Virus record (IMG/VR): IMGVR_UViG_648861014_000005
Reading direction: 5' to 3' (one strand)
Length of the DNA stretch: 20,000 nt
Origin: an uncultured virus (IMG/VR IMGVR_UViG_648861014_000005)
Taxonomy: Duplodnaviria; Heunggongvirae; Uroviricota; Caudoviricetes
Shown: one piece after another, positions 18,370-20,000 of the stretch
How positions within the stretch are numbered: the stretch's first letter is position 1
Layout of the letters: each line of letters begins with the position of its first letter
Made by a program: the position numbers and the translations under genes
Notes under the pieces: generated by a model
Told to the model about the DNA's origin: nothing
Databases searched by the model: none
The model's input: the letters and a program-made list of their open reading frames with translations, nothing else

Positions 18370-19151
18370 TGCATCAGCACGATTTGTTTAAGCCTTATCA
18401 GAATCACTCAAATTTATGGGAGATCATTCAACTGATTGGCCGTGGCGCTTTATTCGTGGTCAATCATTCTGGCGGCAAAGATAGTCAGGCAATGTTGATC
18501 AAGCTACGCGAGTTTGGCGTTCCCGACGATCAGCTTCTGATCATCCATGCTGATCTAGGAAAGGTCGAATGGTCTGGCAGTCAAGAGCAGATCAAACGTA
18601 CATCCTTTGGATTACCGCTTGTCGTTGCCAAGGCTCGCCGCACATTGTTTCAGATGGTGGAGGAACGCGGCATGTGGCCTTCGCCTCAGCAGCGCCAATG
18701 CACCAGTGATTTGAAGCGCGGGCCGATTGAGCGTGAAGTCCGTCGCTACCTCAAGGCAAATCCTCACTATCGCGGGCTTGTCGTCAATTGCATGGGTATG
18801 CGGGCGCAGGAAAGCCATAACCGCGCCAAAGCCGAGACGTTTCGCTTCAATGCCCGAAACTCCAAGGCGGGCCGAGAATGGTACGATTGGCTACCGATCC
18901 ATGATCTGACAGAGGATCAGGTCTACTCCACCATAAGAGATGAAGGCCAGTCACCGGCATGGCCGTACTTCGCAGGCATGACCCGCTACTCATGCTGCTT
19001 TTGCATCATGGCAAGTGAAGCTGATCTGAAAACGGCAGCTACTCTCAATCCGAGCCTCTACAGGGAAGTTGTCAAACTGGAACGCAAAGTGGGACACACC
19101 CTGTCCATGTCACGCAAACCTTTGGATCAGATTACGGGAGTGGCGGCATGA
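18366..19151 (+). CDS. Phosphoadenosine phosphosulfate (PAPS) reductase family protein, phage type
   Basis: PP-loop HSGGKDS, HADLG.VEW, RQCTSDLK..PI, GMRAQES..R, WLPI, RYSCCFC. Confidence 0.88.
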   Translation: MMHQHDLFKPYQNHSNLWEIIQLIGRGALFVVNHSGGKDSQAMLIKLREFGVPDDQLLIIHADLGKVEWSGSQEQIKRTSFGLPLVVAKARRTLFQMVEERGMWPSPQQRQCTSDLKRGPIEREVRRYLKANPHYRGLVVNCMGMRAQESHNRAKAETFRFNARNSKAGREWYDWLPIHDLTEDQVYSTIRDEGQSPAWPYFAGMTRYSCCFCIMASEADLKTAATLNPSLYREVVKLERKVGHTLSMSRKPLDQITGVAA

Positions 19152-19292
19152 TCGAGCAAGAATATCTCACCGGTCTCCCGTGATGGCGATTGAGCTATAA
19201 TGCGGAGCTTCAGGACTCTGTAGCGCAGGAGTTCGATTTATTGTATGCATCGATGATTATTGGTTTTGTTCATCGATTTTTCAGGTCAATTC

Positions 19293-20000
19293 ATGGCTGC
19301 ATCAATCTATCCGACTGACCCTGCACAAGGGGTTACGCTTCGTTTTCTTGGTAAGCTCCTTCTCATCGGAGACCGCGCAAAATTCGGAGAGTTTTCTCAG
19401 TTCACTTCGACGAATTATTGCCCCTTGGTAAAAGACGGCGTCTCCTCAACTCGACGCCTCCTTGAGCAGTATTTGACAGACCCGGCAAACCGGAGCGAGC
19501 TCAAACGATTCTGGATCGCCAACAAAGGTTTTATCGCCTCTCTGCGCATACCGGATATCGTCAACGAAATCACGTCTTATACGGGGCGGTATTTCATCGT
19601 TGAGATGCCGGACGATAGAAATTTACCTGCTGCCTATGTTCCGCCCGAACCAGCCTCAATCGTCAATCAGGATGTTCGGAACATTCCTGGAATGACGACA
19701 GGTGAAAAATTCGCGCTCGCCCTAAAGAGAACGCCGGACCATTTGGGACAAGCGTTGAAGAATGAATTCGCTTCCCTTCTGACACCAGCAGCCATTGCCA
19801 CAACGGTTTCAGTGATTGCGATCCTTGTTGCCGGTGGTCCGATTACGGCCACGATCATCATGACCGTCGGTTTCGTTCTGGCAGGGTGGCAAATCTTCAA
19901 GGCTGCGGGGAATATCATCGATTTCATCACCTTGACAAAAAACGCGAAGACTGAGGCTGAAATCAATGAAGCAGCGAGACTGCTAGCCCGGGCGGCTACA
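19293..20000 (+). CDS. Hypothetical protein running off the window (at least 236 aa); polymorphic-toxin-like N-terminal region with hydrophobic hairpin
   Basis: Frame open from ATG 19293 to base 20000: MAASIYPTDPAQG...MTTGEKFALALKRTPDHLGQALKNEFASLLTPAAIATTVSVIAILVAGGPITATIIMTVGFVLAGWQIFKAAGNIIDFITLTKNAKTEAEINEAARLLARAAT. Not in the ORF track. Confidence 0.7.
   Translation, partial: MAASIYPTDPAQGVTLRFLGKLLLIGDRAKFGEFSQFTSTNYCPLVKDGVSSTRRLLEQYLTDPANRSELKRFWIANKGFIASLRIPDIVNEITSYTGRYFIVEMPDDRNLPAAYVPPEPASIVNQDVRNIPGMTTGEKFALALKRTPDHLGQALKNEFASLLTPAAIATTVSVIAILVAGGPITATIIMTVGFVLAGWQIFKAAGNIIDFITLTKNAKTEAEINEAARLLARAAT

Larger units (their letters stand above)
14741..20000. mobile_element. Integrative/prophage-like element 2, right end presumably outside the window
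   Basis: Starts at att copy 2, is colinear with element 1 at a constant offset of 5686 bp up to the first gap, and continues as a coupled chain of phage-type genes. Confidence 0.75.

Noticed and set aside
18366..19151. Calling the PAPS-reductase gene cysH or part of a dnd/ssp system
   Set aside because: No cys or other dnd/ssp genes are in the window and the context is a phage gene chain.
19667..19966. 99-aa minus-strand ORF
   Set aside because: Antisense shadow of the longer + strand ORF from 19293.

Overview
Alphaproteobacterial (Rhizobiales-like) integration hotspot from a draft scaffold with two N gaps. Left to right: (i) the right end of a prophage-like element (partial WYL-like gene, excisionase-like gene, intact tyrosine integrase) next to the 3' end of tRNA-Arg(TCT); (ii) a core ETC complex I subunit (NDUFS4-like) gene; (iii) a three-gene cluster of a stand-alone adenylation enzyme (broken by an IS66 with an 8-bp target duplication and by a TAA), a ferric-reductase/FNR-like membrane protein and an enoyl-CoA hydratase, resembling a split bacterial version of fungal NPS12-type NRPS-like proteins; (iv) two related elements in tandem, each starting at a 48-bp copy of the tRNA-Pro(TGG) 3' half (9055-9102, 14741-14788) and carrying J-domain, DUF5131/Gp37Gp68 (same in-frame TAG in both copies), a small phage protein and an ASCH-like gene. 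Element 1 is decayed: it holds a pseudo-receiver regulator, an IS3 and only the C-terminal stub of its integrase. Element 2 continues with a Cys-rich gene bounded by perfect 21-bp junction repeats, a PAPS-reductase-family gene and an ORF running off the window that looks like a polymorphic-toxin N-terminus. All family calls come from motif recognition, not database searches.
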